Source: an uncultured Lentisphaeria bacterium
GTDB taxonomy: Bacteria > Verrucomicrobiota > Lentisphaeria > Victivallales > UBA1829
Length of the DNA stretch: 64,000 bases
Assembly (NCBI GenBank): GCA_949287225.1
Contig: CASEFP010000120.1
Span: 265 to 64,264, forward strand
Reading direction: 5' to 3'
Positions 25,748 to 34,861 of this stretch are shown piece after piece. Under the pieces are notes generated by a model. It did not search any database. It was given only the letters and a program-made list of their open reading frames with translations, and was not told where the DNA came from. Position 1 is the first letter of the stretch; every line of letters begins with the position of its first letter. The position numbers were made by a program, and so were the translations under genes.

Positions 25748-26401
25748 TCAGCTCAGCACGGTAAGAAGGGCCTCATAGGCCCGGTCCCTGGGCAGCGAGG
25801 AGTCGATTTTCGCGAGAAGCCCGTTGTCCGTATAGAATTTGATCAGGGGAGCGGTCTGCTCCTCGTAGACTTTGAGGCGGTTCTGCGCGGTTTCCAGCGA
25901 ATCGTCGGCTCGCTGATAGAGTTCACCGCCGCAGTGATCGCAGACGCCTTCGGTTTTCGGCTTTGCAAACAGCTTGTTGAAGTTCGCCTTGCATTTCCGG
26001 CAGGTCAGGCGCGCGGTCAGGCGCCGGATCAGGAGATCATAGGGAGCGTCGAACAGAACGACGCAGTCGAGTTTTCTTCCCGTCTTTTCGGCGATCTGTT
26101 CCAGCATTTCCGCCTGTGCGACAGTCCGGGGAAAGCCGTCGAGGATGAAGCCGCCGGCACAGTCCTCTTTCGCGAGACGTGCGGCAACCATGTCCACCAC
26201 CAGCTGATCGGGGACCAGTTTCCCCGCGTCCATATAGGCTTTCGCCTCTTTGCCGAGCGCGGTTCCGTTGCCGATTTCCGCGCGGAAAATATCGCCCGTG
26301 GAGATGTGAACCAGTTTCTCATCGCGGATGATGACTTCGGACAGCGTGCCTTTTCCGGCTCCCGGCGGTCCGAGAAAAACGAGATTTCTTTTCCTGATCA
26401 T
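25748..26401 (-). CDS. adk: Adenylate kinase (long form with a Cys4 lid)
   Basis: ORF 25748..26419. The start is taken at MIRKRNLVFLGPPGAGKGT (P-loop). It has ILDGFPRT and the lid cysteines CRKC...CDHCGG. Confidence 0.93.
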   Translation of the reverse strand: MIRKRNLVFLGPPGAGKGTLSEVIIRDEKLVHISTGDIFRAEIGNGTALGKEAKAYMDAGKLVPDQLVVDMVAARLAKEDCAGGFILDGFPRTVAQAEMLEQIAEKTGRKLDCVVLFDAPYDLLIRRLTARLTCRKCKANFNKLFAKPKTEGVCDHCGGELYQRADDSLETAQNRLKVYEEQTAPLIKFYTDNGLLAKIDSSLPRDRAYEALLTVLS

Positions 26402-26538
26402 GATTCTGTATCTCTCCAAAAAAAATTGAATTAAGAAAAAAATATAGCATCGGCGGGAAAAAAATCAACAGCATTTCATGGGAAAAAATGCAGAATCGCA
26501 TTCCGGCGCGTCTGCCCGGGGCGGAAATCCGGTACGGT

Positions 26539-27024
26539 TCAGTGCAGAAAGTATGCGCAGTCCAGAAAATCTCCGCAGAAATCCGGATTCTCTCTGCGGC
26601 GTATGAGACGGAATCCGACGCGTTCATACATGCGGATCGCCGGAAGCAGCCCTGCATTGGTGGTGACGAGAATCTTTTCCGGCGCGGGAGACCATGCACG
26701 GATCCGCCGGAGAGCTTCGCGCATCTGCCGGGTTCCCCAGCTTTTTCCCTTGTGCGCCGTGGCGATGCAGTTATGACCGATTGTTATGGATTCGGGAGAG
26801 CGGCGCGGATCCCAGGAGACGAATCCGACTGCTTCCTGATCATGCACTGTGACGAAGCCGCAGCGGTCGGCAATGTCCGGACGCGTGAAGAAGAAGTCAT
26901 CGAAAGCGCGCCATTCGGAAGCCCAGCGCCGGGCATAGCGCGCGTCAAAGGAATAGGCGTCCGAGAGCAGGGCAGAAAGTGTGCCGCGCGGGAAGGAGCT
27001 TACCGCCTGAAAATCAAGTTCCAT
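26539..27024 (-). CDS. GNAT-family N-acetyltransferase
   Basis: 161 aa. The acetyl-CoA binding region is HKGKSWGTRQMREALRRI, and the C-terminus is AIRMYERVGFRL. Confidence 0.8.
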   Translation of the reverse strand: MELDFQAVSSFPRGTLSALLSDAYSFDARYARRWASEWRAFDDFFFTRPDIADRCGFVTVHDQEAVGFVSWDPRRSPESITIGHNCIATAHKGKSWGTRQMREALRRIRAWSPAPEKILVTTNAGLLPAIRMYERVGFRLIRRRENPDFCGDFLDCAYFLH

Positions 27025-27054
27025 GCATGCCTCCTGCCGGAACGCTGTGGAAGA

Positions 27055-27738
27055 TTATTTCATTTCAGGTTTCGCGGACGGCTTCATGATGAATTTGTGA
27101 ACCGCGATATAGCCTGCGATCACGACGGCGAGGAAGAGGATGATCCAGATGTAGTGATCCGCGATCATGTCCTTGCCTTTGTGCACCATTTCGGGATAGC
27201 CCATGTCTTTCGTCAGATGCGCCAGATACCAGCCGATTCCCGCGAGAATGGCGGTCCAGATTCCCGCGCCTAGCCCGGTGAACAGCGTAAAACGCCCGAG
27301 CGGCATCCGCGAAAGTCCCGCGGGAATGGAGATCAGCTGCCGGATCGCCGGAAGAAGGCGGCAGACGAATGTCGCAATGTCACCGTATTTGCGGAAAATT
27401 TCCTCCGCGCGGTCCAGATGCTCCTCGGAAAGAAAGAAGTATTTTCCGTATTTATGCAGGAACGGCCGCCCGAGCCAGATGGAGAGATAGTAGTTGACAT
27501 AAGCTCCCGCAAGCGAGCCGAGAAGCCCGAAGACCACCGCAAGGATCAGGTCCAGCCACGGAATTCCCGTGGTCAGCGCGCCCCGGTAGGCGAGAAAGCC
27601 CGCGGGAATCATCACCACCTCGCTGGGAAAAGGAATGAAGGAGCTTTCAATCGTCATGAAGATAAAAATAATAAGGAATCCCCAGAGTGCCGCATGTGCT
27701 GCGGCAAACTCGATATGCGAGGCAATCACATCAACCAT
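27055..27738 (-). CDS. DedA-family membrane protein
   Basis: ORF 27055..27891. The start is taken at MVDVIASH (ATG 27738), which avoids overlap with the divergent lgt. It has the DedA signatures ESSFIPFPSEVVMIPAG and FVCRLLPAIRQLISIPAG. Confidence 0.8.
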   Translation of the reverse strand: MVDVIASHIEFAAAHAALWGFLIIFIFMTIESSFIPFPSEVVMIPAGFLAYRGALTTGIPWLDLILAVVFGLLGSLAGAYVNYYLSIWLGRPFLHKYGKYFFLSEEHLDRAEEIFRKYGDIATFVCRLLPAIRQLISIPAGLSRMPLGRFTLFTGLGAGIWTAILAGIGWYLAHLTKDMGYPEMVHKGKDMIADHYIWIILFLAVVIAGYIAVHKFIMKPSAKPEMK

Positions 27739-27875
27739 TCTGCACCCTTTTTCATCGTTTTTTAATTGTTTTCCATTATGAAAAATACAAAGTGGTGTTA
27801 CATTACCCCATGTTTCTCTTTTTTCCAGTTTCATGCGGAAATTTAACGGATTTTTAACAGAATGGAATCGCAGAC

Positions 27876-28715
27876 ATGCACAGTATCGCATTTCAAATCG
27901 GCGGATTGAGCATCCACTGGTACGGGATCTTCATCGCGCTGGGGTTTCTCGCCGCACTGGTCGTGCTCCAGTGCAAACGCAAATATGCGAACATGACACC
28001 GGATCAGATTTTCGACATCGGCATCATCGCCGTGGTCGGCGGGGTCATCGGGGCGCGGATTTTCTACGTGATTGAATTCTGGAACCAGTTTTCCGGAAAT
28101 CCGCTCAAAGTGTTCCGCATCGACCAGGGGGGACTGGTTTTCTACGGCGGTTTTCTGCTTGTGCTTGTGATCCTGTGGCTCTACTCCCGCTGGAAACACC
28201 TCTCCATCGCGCGGATCTTCGACATCTACGGCCCCGCGATGGCGCTCGGACACGCGTTCGGCCGGATCGGCTGCTTCATGCAGGGGTGCTGCTTCGGTCG
28301 CCCGGCACAGAGCTGCGGCGTTACCTTTCCTCCCGGCACGGCGCCCGCGCTGAAGTATCCCGACATCATGAACGCGAAGATTGCGGAGAACGGCACGGCG
28401 CTCATCCATTCGCTTTCCCTGCATCCGGTTCAGCTTTATGAGTCTCTGGCCAACCTTATGCTCTGCATCGTGCTGCTCCTGCTGTTCAAAAAAGTCCGGA
28501 AAGTCGGGCAGATTGCAGCGTCCTATTTCATCGGCTACGGGCTGATCCGTTTTTCGCTGGAGTTCCTCCGTGGCGATCACACCGATTCGATTCTCGGCAT
28601 GACGCCCGCGCAGTTCATCGGCATTGTCATCATGATTCCCTGCGGAATCTTCTTCTATCTCTATTTCGGCAAATACGGGGAAGACGCCTATGCCGACGCC
28701 GGAAAAAACGAGTGA
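27876..28715 (+). CDS. lgt: Phosphatidylglycerol-prolipoprotein diacylglyceryl transferase
   Basis: 279 aa with IHWYGIFIALGF and GHAFGRIGCFMQGCCFGRP, the Lgt signature. Confidence 0.9.
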   Translation: MHSIAFQIGGLSIHWYGIFIALGFLAALVVLQCKRKYANMTPDQIFDIGIIAVVGGVIGARIFYVIEFWNQFSGNPLKVFRIDQGGLVFYGGFLLVLVILWLYSRWKHLSIARIFDIYGPAMALGHAFGRIGCFMQGCCFGRPAQSCGVTFPPGTAPALKYPDIMNAKIAENGTALIHSLSLHPVQLYESLANLMLCIVLLLLFKKVRKVGQIAASYFIGYGLIRFSLEFLRGDHTDSILGMTPAQFIGIVIMIPCGIFFYLYFGKYGEDAYADAGKNE

Positions 28716-29649
28716 AAACCGGGTTGCGGAGCTGTCGGTTCCGGAGCAGTTTGCCGGAATGCGGCTGGATCAGTGTCTGTCCCAGTTGTACCATGATGCC
28801 TCACGCAGCCGGCTCCAGAACCTGATCCGCGCCGGAGCCGTCACGCGCAACGGCATTGTCTGCGATGTCCCCCGGACGGCAGTTGCCGCGCATGACCGGA
28901 TTGTTCTGACGCTGCCTCCGGAAAAGGAGGTGTTTCACGCGGCGCCGGAGCGGATCGGTCTTGACGTGCTGTATGAGGATGATTTCCTTCTGGTCATCAG
29001 CAAACCGCCTGGAATGGTGGTGCATCCGGCGGCGGGAAACTGGAGCGGAACGCTCGTGAATGCGCTGCTCGGGCGCGATCCGGAAATGGCGGCGGATTTC
29101 GGCGAGGCGGATCCGGAGCGTCCCGGTATCGTGCACCGTCTGGACAAGGATACCTCCGGGTGTCTGGCTGTGGCGAAGACACCGGACGCGCTCTTCAGAC
29201 TTTCCGAATCGTTCGCATCGCACCGCGTGTCAAAAGTCTACTGCGCGATTCTGGCGGGGCATTTCAGAGAACAGAGCGGCGAACTGCGGAACCTGATCGG
29301 ACGGCATCCCGTGGACCGCAAGAAGATGGCGGTTGTCCGGAGCGGCGGCAGGGAGGCGGTCACGCGCTACCGCATTGTAAAGATGGGAAGCATTGACGGT
29401 GTGGACGCCTCCTTTGCGGAAATCCGCATTCTCACAGGAAGAACACATCAGATCCGCGTGCACATGTCCTCTCTGGGGCATCCGGTCGCGGGAGATTCCG
29501 TTTACGGCGGAGCGCGCCGCCTTCCCGCACCGCGCCAGATGCTTCACGCCTGGAAACTGACTCTCCCGCATCCGGAAACGGGAAAAGAGATGTCGTTCGA
29601 GGCGCCGTTCCCCGCGGATTTTGCCGCGATGCTGGCAAAACTTCACTGA
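28690..29649 (+). CDS. RluA-family (RluD-like) 23S rRNA pseudouridine synthase
   Basis: 319 aa with an S4-like N-terminus, the catalytic motif HRLDKDTSGCLAVAKT and GRTHQIRVHM. It overlaps the lgt 3' end by 26 nt. Confidence 0.9.
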   Translation: MPTPEKTSENRVAELSVPEQFAGMRLDQCLSQLYHDASRSRLQNLIRAGAVTRNGIVCDVPRTAVAAHDRIVLTLPPEKEVFHAAPERIGLDVLYEDDFLLVISKPPGMVVHPAAGNWSGTLVNALLGRDPEMAADFGEADPERPGIVHRLDKDTSGCLAVAKTPDALFRLSESFASHRVSKVYCAILAGHFREQSGELRNLIGRHPVDRKKMAVVRSGGREAVTRYRIVKMGSIDGVDASFAEIRILTGRTHQIRVHMSSLGHPVAGDSVYGGARRLPAPRQMLHAWKLTLPHPETGKEMSFEAPFPADFAAMLAKLH

Positions 29650-29816
29650 TGGAAATCCGGATATGGTCATGCGGATATGATTCTCCCGCATGCCTGCACG
29701 GAGCATTTGTTTTTCCTCCGTTTGCATCTTGTCCCCCCGTTTCCAGCAGGAAACATTCCGTGATATCCGGATTTTACTTTTTATGTGCAGGGCAGGGAAA
29801 GCGGAGTCCCAGGCAG

Positions 29817-30377
29817 TCAGAGGAGTGCGAGAAACTGTTTCAGCCATTCGACATGCGCACTCCAGGCGGGAGCGGTTACAAAATTGCCGTCCGTGACTGC
29901 TCCGGAAAAACCGACGTCAACGTATTCCGCGCCCGCAGACTCAAGTTCGGGCCTGACCGCCGGATACGCGTTGAGTTTCCGTCCCTTTGCGACTCCGGCC
30001 GCCGTCAGAAGCTGCGGACCGTGACAGATCGCCGCAAGTGGTTTCCCCGATTCCGCAAAGGCGCGGACCAGTTCCAGAACACGTGCATTCAGACGCAGAT
30101 GTTCGGGAGCGCGTCCGCCGGGCAGCACGAGGGCATCGAAGTTTTCCGCGCAAACCGTGTCAAAATCGCCGTTCAGGGTGAAATTGTGTCCGCGCTTTTC
30201 CGTATAGGTCTGATCGCCTTCAAAATCATGAATTGCGGTACGGACCTGTTCTCCCGCCTTCCTGCCGGGAGTGACCGCCACAACTTCGCATCCGCAGACC
30301 TGAAGCGCCTGAAACGGCACCATGACCTCATAATCCTCTGCAAAATCACCGACGATCATCAGAATTTTCTTTGTCAT
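29817..30377 (-). CDS. DJ-1/PfpI-family protein (PfpI-type intracellular protease/glyoxalase-like)
   Basis: ORF 29817..30416. The start is taken at MTKKILMIVGDFAEDYE. The nucleophile elbow is AAICHGPQLL, and it also has LVLPGGRAPE. Confidence 0.85.
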   Translation of the reverse strand: MTKKILMIVGDFAEDYEVMVPFQALQVCGCEVVAVTPGRKAGEQVRTAIHDFEGDQTYTEKRGHNFTLNGDFDTVCAENFDALVLPGGRAPEHLRLNARVLELVRAFAESGKPLAAICHGPQLLTAAGVAKGRKLNAYPAVRPELESAGAEYVDVGFSGAVTDGNFVTAPAWSAHVEWLKQFLALL

Positions 30378-31467
30378 TTGAACCTCCATGATTGGTTGTT
30401 TTCCGTAAGATTTCATGATTCATCAGCCAGGAATCCGCCAGAAAGAAAAATACGCCTGTCAGGGACAGAACAATCAGAACCACGGAATAAAGCACCGGAG
30501 CGATCCCGGATGCGTTCTGTCCGACGCCCAACGCCTCCAGCACCATTTGTGTAATCTTGTCCCGGACCCCCAGTCCCCCCGGTGTGACAGGAAGCGCAGC
30601 GGCCGCGCCTCCGAGCAGCGAGGCAGATGCCGCCGCCGCTGTATTTGCTGTATCCCCCGTGATACCGATCACGATCAGAATCAGGCTGATCACCAGCAGC
30701 GGATGCATGACAAGGATGCTCAGAAGAAACGCCCCGGTCAGTCTCCGCGGATCCCTGCGATAAGCGGCGACGGAATTCAGAATCGCCCGGATCCTGCCAC
30801 CTGCAATTCCATCCGCGAAATCCAGACACTTCCGTGCCGGGGGAATTCGCAGAATCACATCCTGAAAAAAAAGTGCAAAACCGGCGGCAAGTCCGGCGAG
30901 GCAGAGAAAATAAAGAATGAGAACAGGATATTTCACTTCCGCTCCGGATTCCAGAATTGTTTTTCCGGCGAATGGTCCTGCCGCGGCGACAAGGGTGAAG
31001 AGGGCAAGCATGCCGATGACCCGGTCAATGAAAATGGATGTAACGGCGTTCAGGCGCTGCCCTCTGCCTGTTTCCCGGAGAAGAAAAGCGGCTTTGACGA
31101 CATCCCCGCCGACGGCGCCGCCCGGCATGCACAGTGAAAAAAAAGTTCCCTGCATGCTGAGCGACAGGGCGCGGAGAAATGATATTTCGATCCGTTGAAT
31201 GCGAAGAAGTATCTGCCAGCGGACCGCGCAGAGGACGAGCTGAATTCCAATGGCTGCTCCGGCGAGCACGGTGAAAAAAACGATCCGCCCCGTGGCAAGC
31301 TGTTTCAGATCGGCAAAATTAATATCGCACAGCACCCAGGAAATCAGACCGGCGGCCAGAATGAATTTGAGAATCTGAACGATCCATTTCCGCAAGATGT
31401 GTTTTTGTGGCAAAGGGGTTTCCAAGAGATTACCTGTTTCGTCAATGTGCTGTTTTTTCCCGAACAC
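30346..31467 (-). CDS. Flippase-like membrane protein (UPF0104 / lysyl-PG synthase TM-domain family)
   Basis: 373 aa polytopic protein. It has RWQILLRIQRIEISFLRALSLSMQGTFFSLCMPGGAVGGDVVKAAFL, typical of this family. Its 3' end overlaps the DJ-1 gene start by 32 nt. Confidence 0.75.
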   Translation of the reverse strand: MFGKKQHIDETGNLLETPLPQKHILRKWIVQILKFILAAGLISWVLCDINFADLKQLATGRIVFFTVLAGAAIGIQLVLCAVRWQILLRIQRIEISFLRALSLSMQGTFFSLCMPGGAVGGDVVKAAFLLRETGRGQRLNAVTSIFIDRVIGMLALFTLVAAAGPFAGKTILESGAEVKYPVLILYFLCLAGLAAGFALFFQDVILRIPPARKCLDFADGIAGGRIRAILNSVAAYRRDPRRLTGAFLLSILVMHPLLVISLILIVIGITGDTANTAAAASASLLGGAAAALPVTPGGLGVRDKITQMVLEALGVGQNASGIAPVLYSVVLIVLSLTGVFFFLADSWLMNHEILRKTTNHGGSNDKENSDDRR

Positions 31468-31630
31468 AGCTCATAATATACATCCGCGTGCCATGATATG
31501 CAAGAAACATCCGGAAATCCCCGGGGGGGCCGATTTTCTCAATCGGGGGTAGAGAATTCTGCATCCCGTATCTTTTTTGTTTTGCATTCCGGATGCCGGT
31601 CCGTTATATTATAACAGGAGAAACGCGCCA

Positions 31631-32248
31631 ATGCCCGAAAAAACAACTTATATCATACTCAGGAAAATTCCCTTTCAGGAGAGCGGTCTGATTGTTTCCG
31701 GACTGTCGCCGGAATTCGGAAGACTGGATTTCCTGTTGAAGGGCGTTCGGGATACCGGTGCAAAGAAATTCCCTTATGCGGAACTCTTCCGCGAACTCTC
31801 CATCGAATTCCGGCCGCCGCGCACGCACTCCTCCGGGACGCTTTGTCTGCTGACGGCTCATGAACCGGTCGCCTCCTTTGACGCAATTGTGAACCGGATC
31901 GGGAATTATCTCGCCATGTGCGACTATGCAGCCTTTCTTCTGAAACATACGAAACCCATGCTGGAAGCGCCGGAGACCTTCCGTGCTCTCGAAACGCTTC
32001 TTTTCCGCCTGACCACTGCGGAACATCCGGCGTTTCCCGTGGCTGCGGCAAAACTGATGTTTCTGAGAGAATCCGGGTTTCTTCCGGAAACGTTCGACGC
32101 AAACGACTCCCGCCGGGGACGGATTCTCGACGCACTCCTGGAATATGCCGCTGATCCCCGGGTCCCGGAACCGGATCTCGCCGGAGATTACCGAAACAGA
32201 CTGATCCGCTGGGTCGGGGAATTGTGCAGTTACCACGATTTGCGCTGA
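31631..32248 (+). CDS. recO: DNA repair protein RecO
   Basis: ORF 31577..32248. The start is taken at MPEKTTYIILRKIPFQESGLIV (ATG 31631, preceded by AGGAG). It has the RecO OB-fold N-terminus and a C-terminal helical domain. Confidence 0.78.
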   Translation: MPEKTTYIILRKIPFQESGLIVSGLSPEFGRLDFLLKGVRDTGAKKFPYAELFRELSIEFRPPRTHSSGTLCLLTAHEPVASFDAIVNRIGNYLAMCDYAAFLLKHTKPMLEAPETFRALETLLFRLTTAEHPAFPVAAAKLMFLRESGFLPETFDANDSRRGRILDALLEYAADPRVPEPDLAGDYRNRLIRWVGELCSYHDLR

Positions 32249-32396
32249 CTGCCGCCGGATGGAACGGCTGCATTCCGGGGCGTCTTTGTCTGCGGGGATG
32301 CCGTTCGTGATTCAGGGATGATCTGCCTCCATGTGTGATGGAGAGTGCAGTCCGGATGAAAAAATGGAGAAAATTCAAAAAAAAATCCTGAGAATC

Positions 32397-32424
32397 TTGA
32401 AAAAATCCGGAGGCGTGTTATATT
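32397..32424 (+). promoter_or_regulatory. Putative sigma-70 promoter of rpmB
   Basis: TTGAAA (32397-32402), then a 16-nt spacer, then TATATT (32419-32424). A 7-bp inverted repeat ATTCACG-N6-CGTGAAT follows (about 32436-32456) in the leader. Confidence 0.4.
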
Positions 32425-32508
32425 GTTGGTCTTTGATTCACGAAATCACGTGAATTGATGTGCGGAATGGTTCAACTTTAATTTACCGAACGTATATGAG
32501 GTGTCATA

Positions 32509-32739
32509 ATGAGTAATGTCTGTGAAATCTGCGGCAAGAAAAAATTTTACGGCGGCCGGATCATCCGGAGAGGTCTTGCCAAGAAAAAAGGTGGTATCGG
32601 TATGCACGTGGTGAAAGTTTCCCCGCGTGTTTTTGAACCCAATATCCAGACTGTCCGTGTCAATGAGAACGGAATGAATAAGCGCATGAAAGTCTGCACG
32701 GCCTGCATTCGCAGCGGCAAGATCCGGAAGGCCTGCTGA
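32509..32739 (+). CDS. rpmB: 50S ribosomal protein L28
   Basis: 76 aa: MSNVCEICGKKKFYGGRIIRRGLAKKKGG...RVFEPNIQTVRV..NGMNKRMKVCTACIRSGKI. This is an L28 family pattern. An RBS (GAGG) precedes it. Confidence 0.88.
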   Translation: MSNVCEICGKKKFYGGRIIRRGLAKKKGGIGMHVVKVSPRVFEPNIQTVRVNENGMNKRMKVCTACIRSGKIRKAC

Positions 32740-32787
32740 ACATCTGTTCATTCTGCTCATATACTTTGCGGTGCAATCTGCATTGAG

Positions 32788-32823
32788 CCCGGGGCGTGAC
32801 ATCGTCTCCCCGGGTTTTTTTTT
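32788..32823 (+). terminator. Rho-independent terminator after rpmB
   Basis: Stem CCCGGGG (32788-32794) / CCCCGGG (32808-32814), followed by nine T (32815-32823). Confidence 0.72.
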
Positions 32824-33094
32824 ATCCCTTTCAGAAGCGGACCACCATCTCCTTTTCCCATGTTTGAAACGTTCTTCAGCACGGAAAGCAGCCATGGAAA
32901 CTGGCGGACTTATTGGACCTCGTCAGCTGATGAATGCGGAAAGAAACCTGAAGAACGGGGAGTAAGAAAAAAGTAAGAAACAGAATCGTTTTTCAGATAC
33001 CGGTAAAATCTATCTGTTCCGGGCTCATTTTGCCGGAAAAGCCGGATTCCTGAACCCGGTCCGCGGCTTTCCGGACCGGCGGAGGCGCGGCGGA

Positions 33095-34612
33095 TTATTT
33101 GGCCGCGATGCTTTTTTCGTCCGCAAGTTCGATGACGTTTTCCGTGTTTTTCTTGGGTTTCGCCCGCGTCAGCCAGCCGGAACGGTGAATCGTCAGGATC
33201 GAGTAGGGACCGATCCAGGAGAGCGATAGGAAATTGAACACCCCGTAGACATACGACCAGAGCGCCTCCTTTTTGCTGTATTTGCTGGCGTAGACGAACG
33301 CGGGAAGCGTGGACCAGATCAGCGTCGCCATGACCGAGGCATACAGAAACGCCAGCGGCGAAACCGCCAGACAGTAAAGGGTCGATCCCACAAACAGCAT
33401 CGGCGTCAGTGTCCAGAGCGTCTGCATCACCAGATTGATCTGCATTCCGAGCAGATCCTCGTCGGCAAAATCAATCCTGCGGAACGCGAAGGTGAACATC
33501 TCCAGATTCTCGCGGACATTGCTTCTTGACCAGCGGAGAAACATTCTGCACAATCCGGCGTAATCCTTCGGCACCTCCGTGTAGACAAGCGCGCTTTTCT
33601 GGAAGACGACCTGATGCCCTTCGCGCAGAATGATGTTGGAGATGGCGCGGTCCTCCCCGATGTTCGCGGGCCGTCCCATGAATTTCTGGTTGACCCATTC
33701 CGGCATGAACGGCATGATGACGCTTCTGCGGTAGGCGCTCAGCGCTCCCGGCGTGCAGAAGACCGAGTGCACCATGCTCTGCGCGGAACGGAGAAACTCG
33801 AAACTGAATACGAAATTCACATCCAGCATCCGCGGAATCACGCCGGAATTGTTCAAAACACGGATATTGCCCGCGACGCCGCCGATTTTTTCTTCGCGCA
33901 CAAGCGGTGAGACGATCTTCCGCACCGTGTCAGGCAGAACGATCGAATCGCTGTCGATCGTGACGACGATTTCCGCTTCCGTGCTTCGGAATCCCTGATA
34001 AAGCGCATTGCGTTTCCCGCCGTTGCTCGTCAGGTTCAGTGCACGGATCCTGCCGCCGGAGGATTCCACCGCATCTGTAATCCACTTCCATGTGTCGTCG
34101 CAACTGCCGTCGTTGACGGCGATGATTTCCATTTTTTCCGGCGGATAATCGCTTTTGAGAAGACTCCGGAGCGTCAGGAGAACCTGCTTGCCTTCATTGT
34201 AGGCGGGAACGACAACGGCACAAGTTGGAAGCTCTTCATCGGTGACCTCCTCATACGCGCGGTAATGGAAGGCAAGAACAATCTGCCAGGCGAAATAAAA
34301 GAGATTGCCGGCGAGAAGAATCAGACTGAATACCAGAACCCCGAGATCAAGGGGATCGAGAGTGCTGAAAAAGGATTCCGTCCATGCTGTCAGCGTCAGG
34401 GAGGCGATGGCGGCAAGGACCGTCAGCCCCAGAAGAATCCGGACCGTATTGTTCAGCTGAATGTTTTCTGTGATTTCCTCTGTGTCTTTCCCGGCGGATT
34501 CCATATAATGTTCCAGCAGGTCTGCCTGACGCTGGAGCACGTCGATCAGCTTCCGAAGTGCCACGAGTATCAAGAACAGAAAGAAATGTTTTTTCTTTTG
34601 CGATCTGAGCAT
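33095..34612 (-). CDS. Processive family-2 glycosyltransferase (membrane-embedded polysaccharide synthase; NodC/HAS/PgaC-like)
   Basis: 505 aa with N-terminal and C-terminal TM clusters around a GT-A domain. Motifs are VVVPAYNEG, AVNDGSCDDT, VTIDSDS, GEDRAISN and the QxxRW-type motif FLRWSRS. The start codon is uncertain. Confidence 0.85.
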   Translation of the reverse strand: MLRSQKKKHFFLFLILVALRKLIDVLQRQADLLEHYMESAGKDTEEITENIQLNNTVRILLGLTVLAAIASLTLTAWTESFFSTLDPLDLGVLVFSLILLAGNLFYFAWQIVLAFHYRAYEEVTDEELPTCAVVVPAYNEGKQVLLTLRSLLKSDYPPEKMEIIAVNDGSCDDTWKWITDAVESSGGRIRALNLTSNGGKRNALYQGFRSTEAEIVVTIDSDSIVLPDTVRKIVSPLVREEKIGGVAGNIRVLNNSGVIPRMLDVNFVFSFEFLRSAQSMVHSVFCTPGALSAYRRSVIMPFMPEWVNQKFMGRPANIGEDRAISNIILREGHQVVFQKSALVYTEVPKDYAGLCRMFLRWSRSNVRENLEMFTFAFRRIDFADEDLLGMQINLVMQTLWTLTPMLFVGSTLYCLAVSPLAFLYASVMATLIWSTLPAFVYASKYSKKEALWSYVYGVFNFLSLSWIGPYSILTIHRSGWLTRAKPKKNTENVIELADEKSIAAK

Positions 34613-34861
34613 TTTCGAAAACCGGCTTCCTATCCTGAAATTTACTAAAAAGATTAATATAACATGAAAAAAAGCGGAAACAAGTCTTGATTGTTTTTTT
34701 CACAGAGAAAAACATGTTTCCTGCAGTATCAGCATTTTGCACCGGATGTGGCGTTTGCATGGGAAAAATGCCATTTCCTTTGAAAAAGAACTGGAAAAAA
34801 AGCGGAAAAGGCAGTCTATTAATAGGATCAGAATCAATCATGAAAACAAAGAGAAGGATCT

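Noticed and set aside
24769-26401. adk-map-infA block without secY or ribosomal protein genes upstream, and without rpmJ downstream
   Set aside because: The break in gene order is real. The upstream neighbours are GNAT and DedA genes. However, such fragmentation of the spc/alpha operon tail is common outside model organisms and is not evidence of anything unusual.
34613-34861. Possible purine riboswitch or leader upstream of guaA (also checked upstream of the isopropylmalate/citramalate synthase, 21836-21927)
   Set aside because: I could not find the conserved purine-riboswitch junction/loop sequences or a T-box/leader peptide pattern. The region is simply AT-richer promoter DNA.
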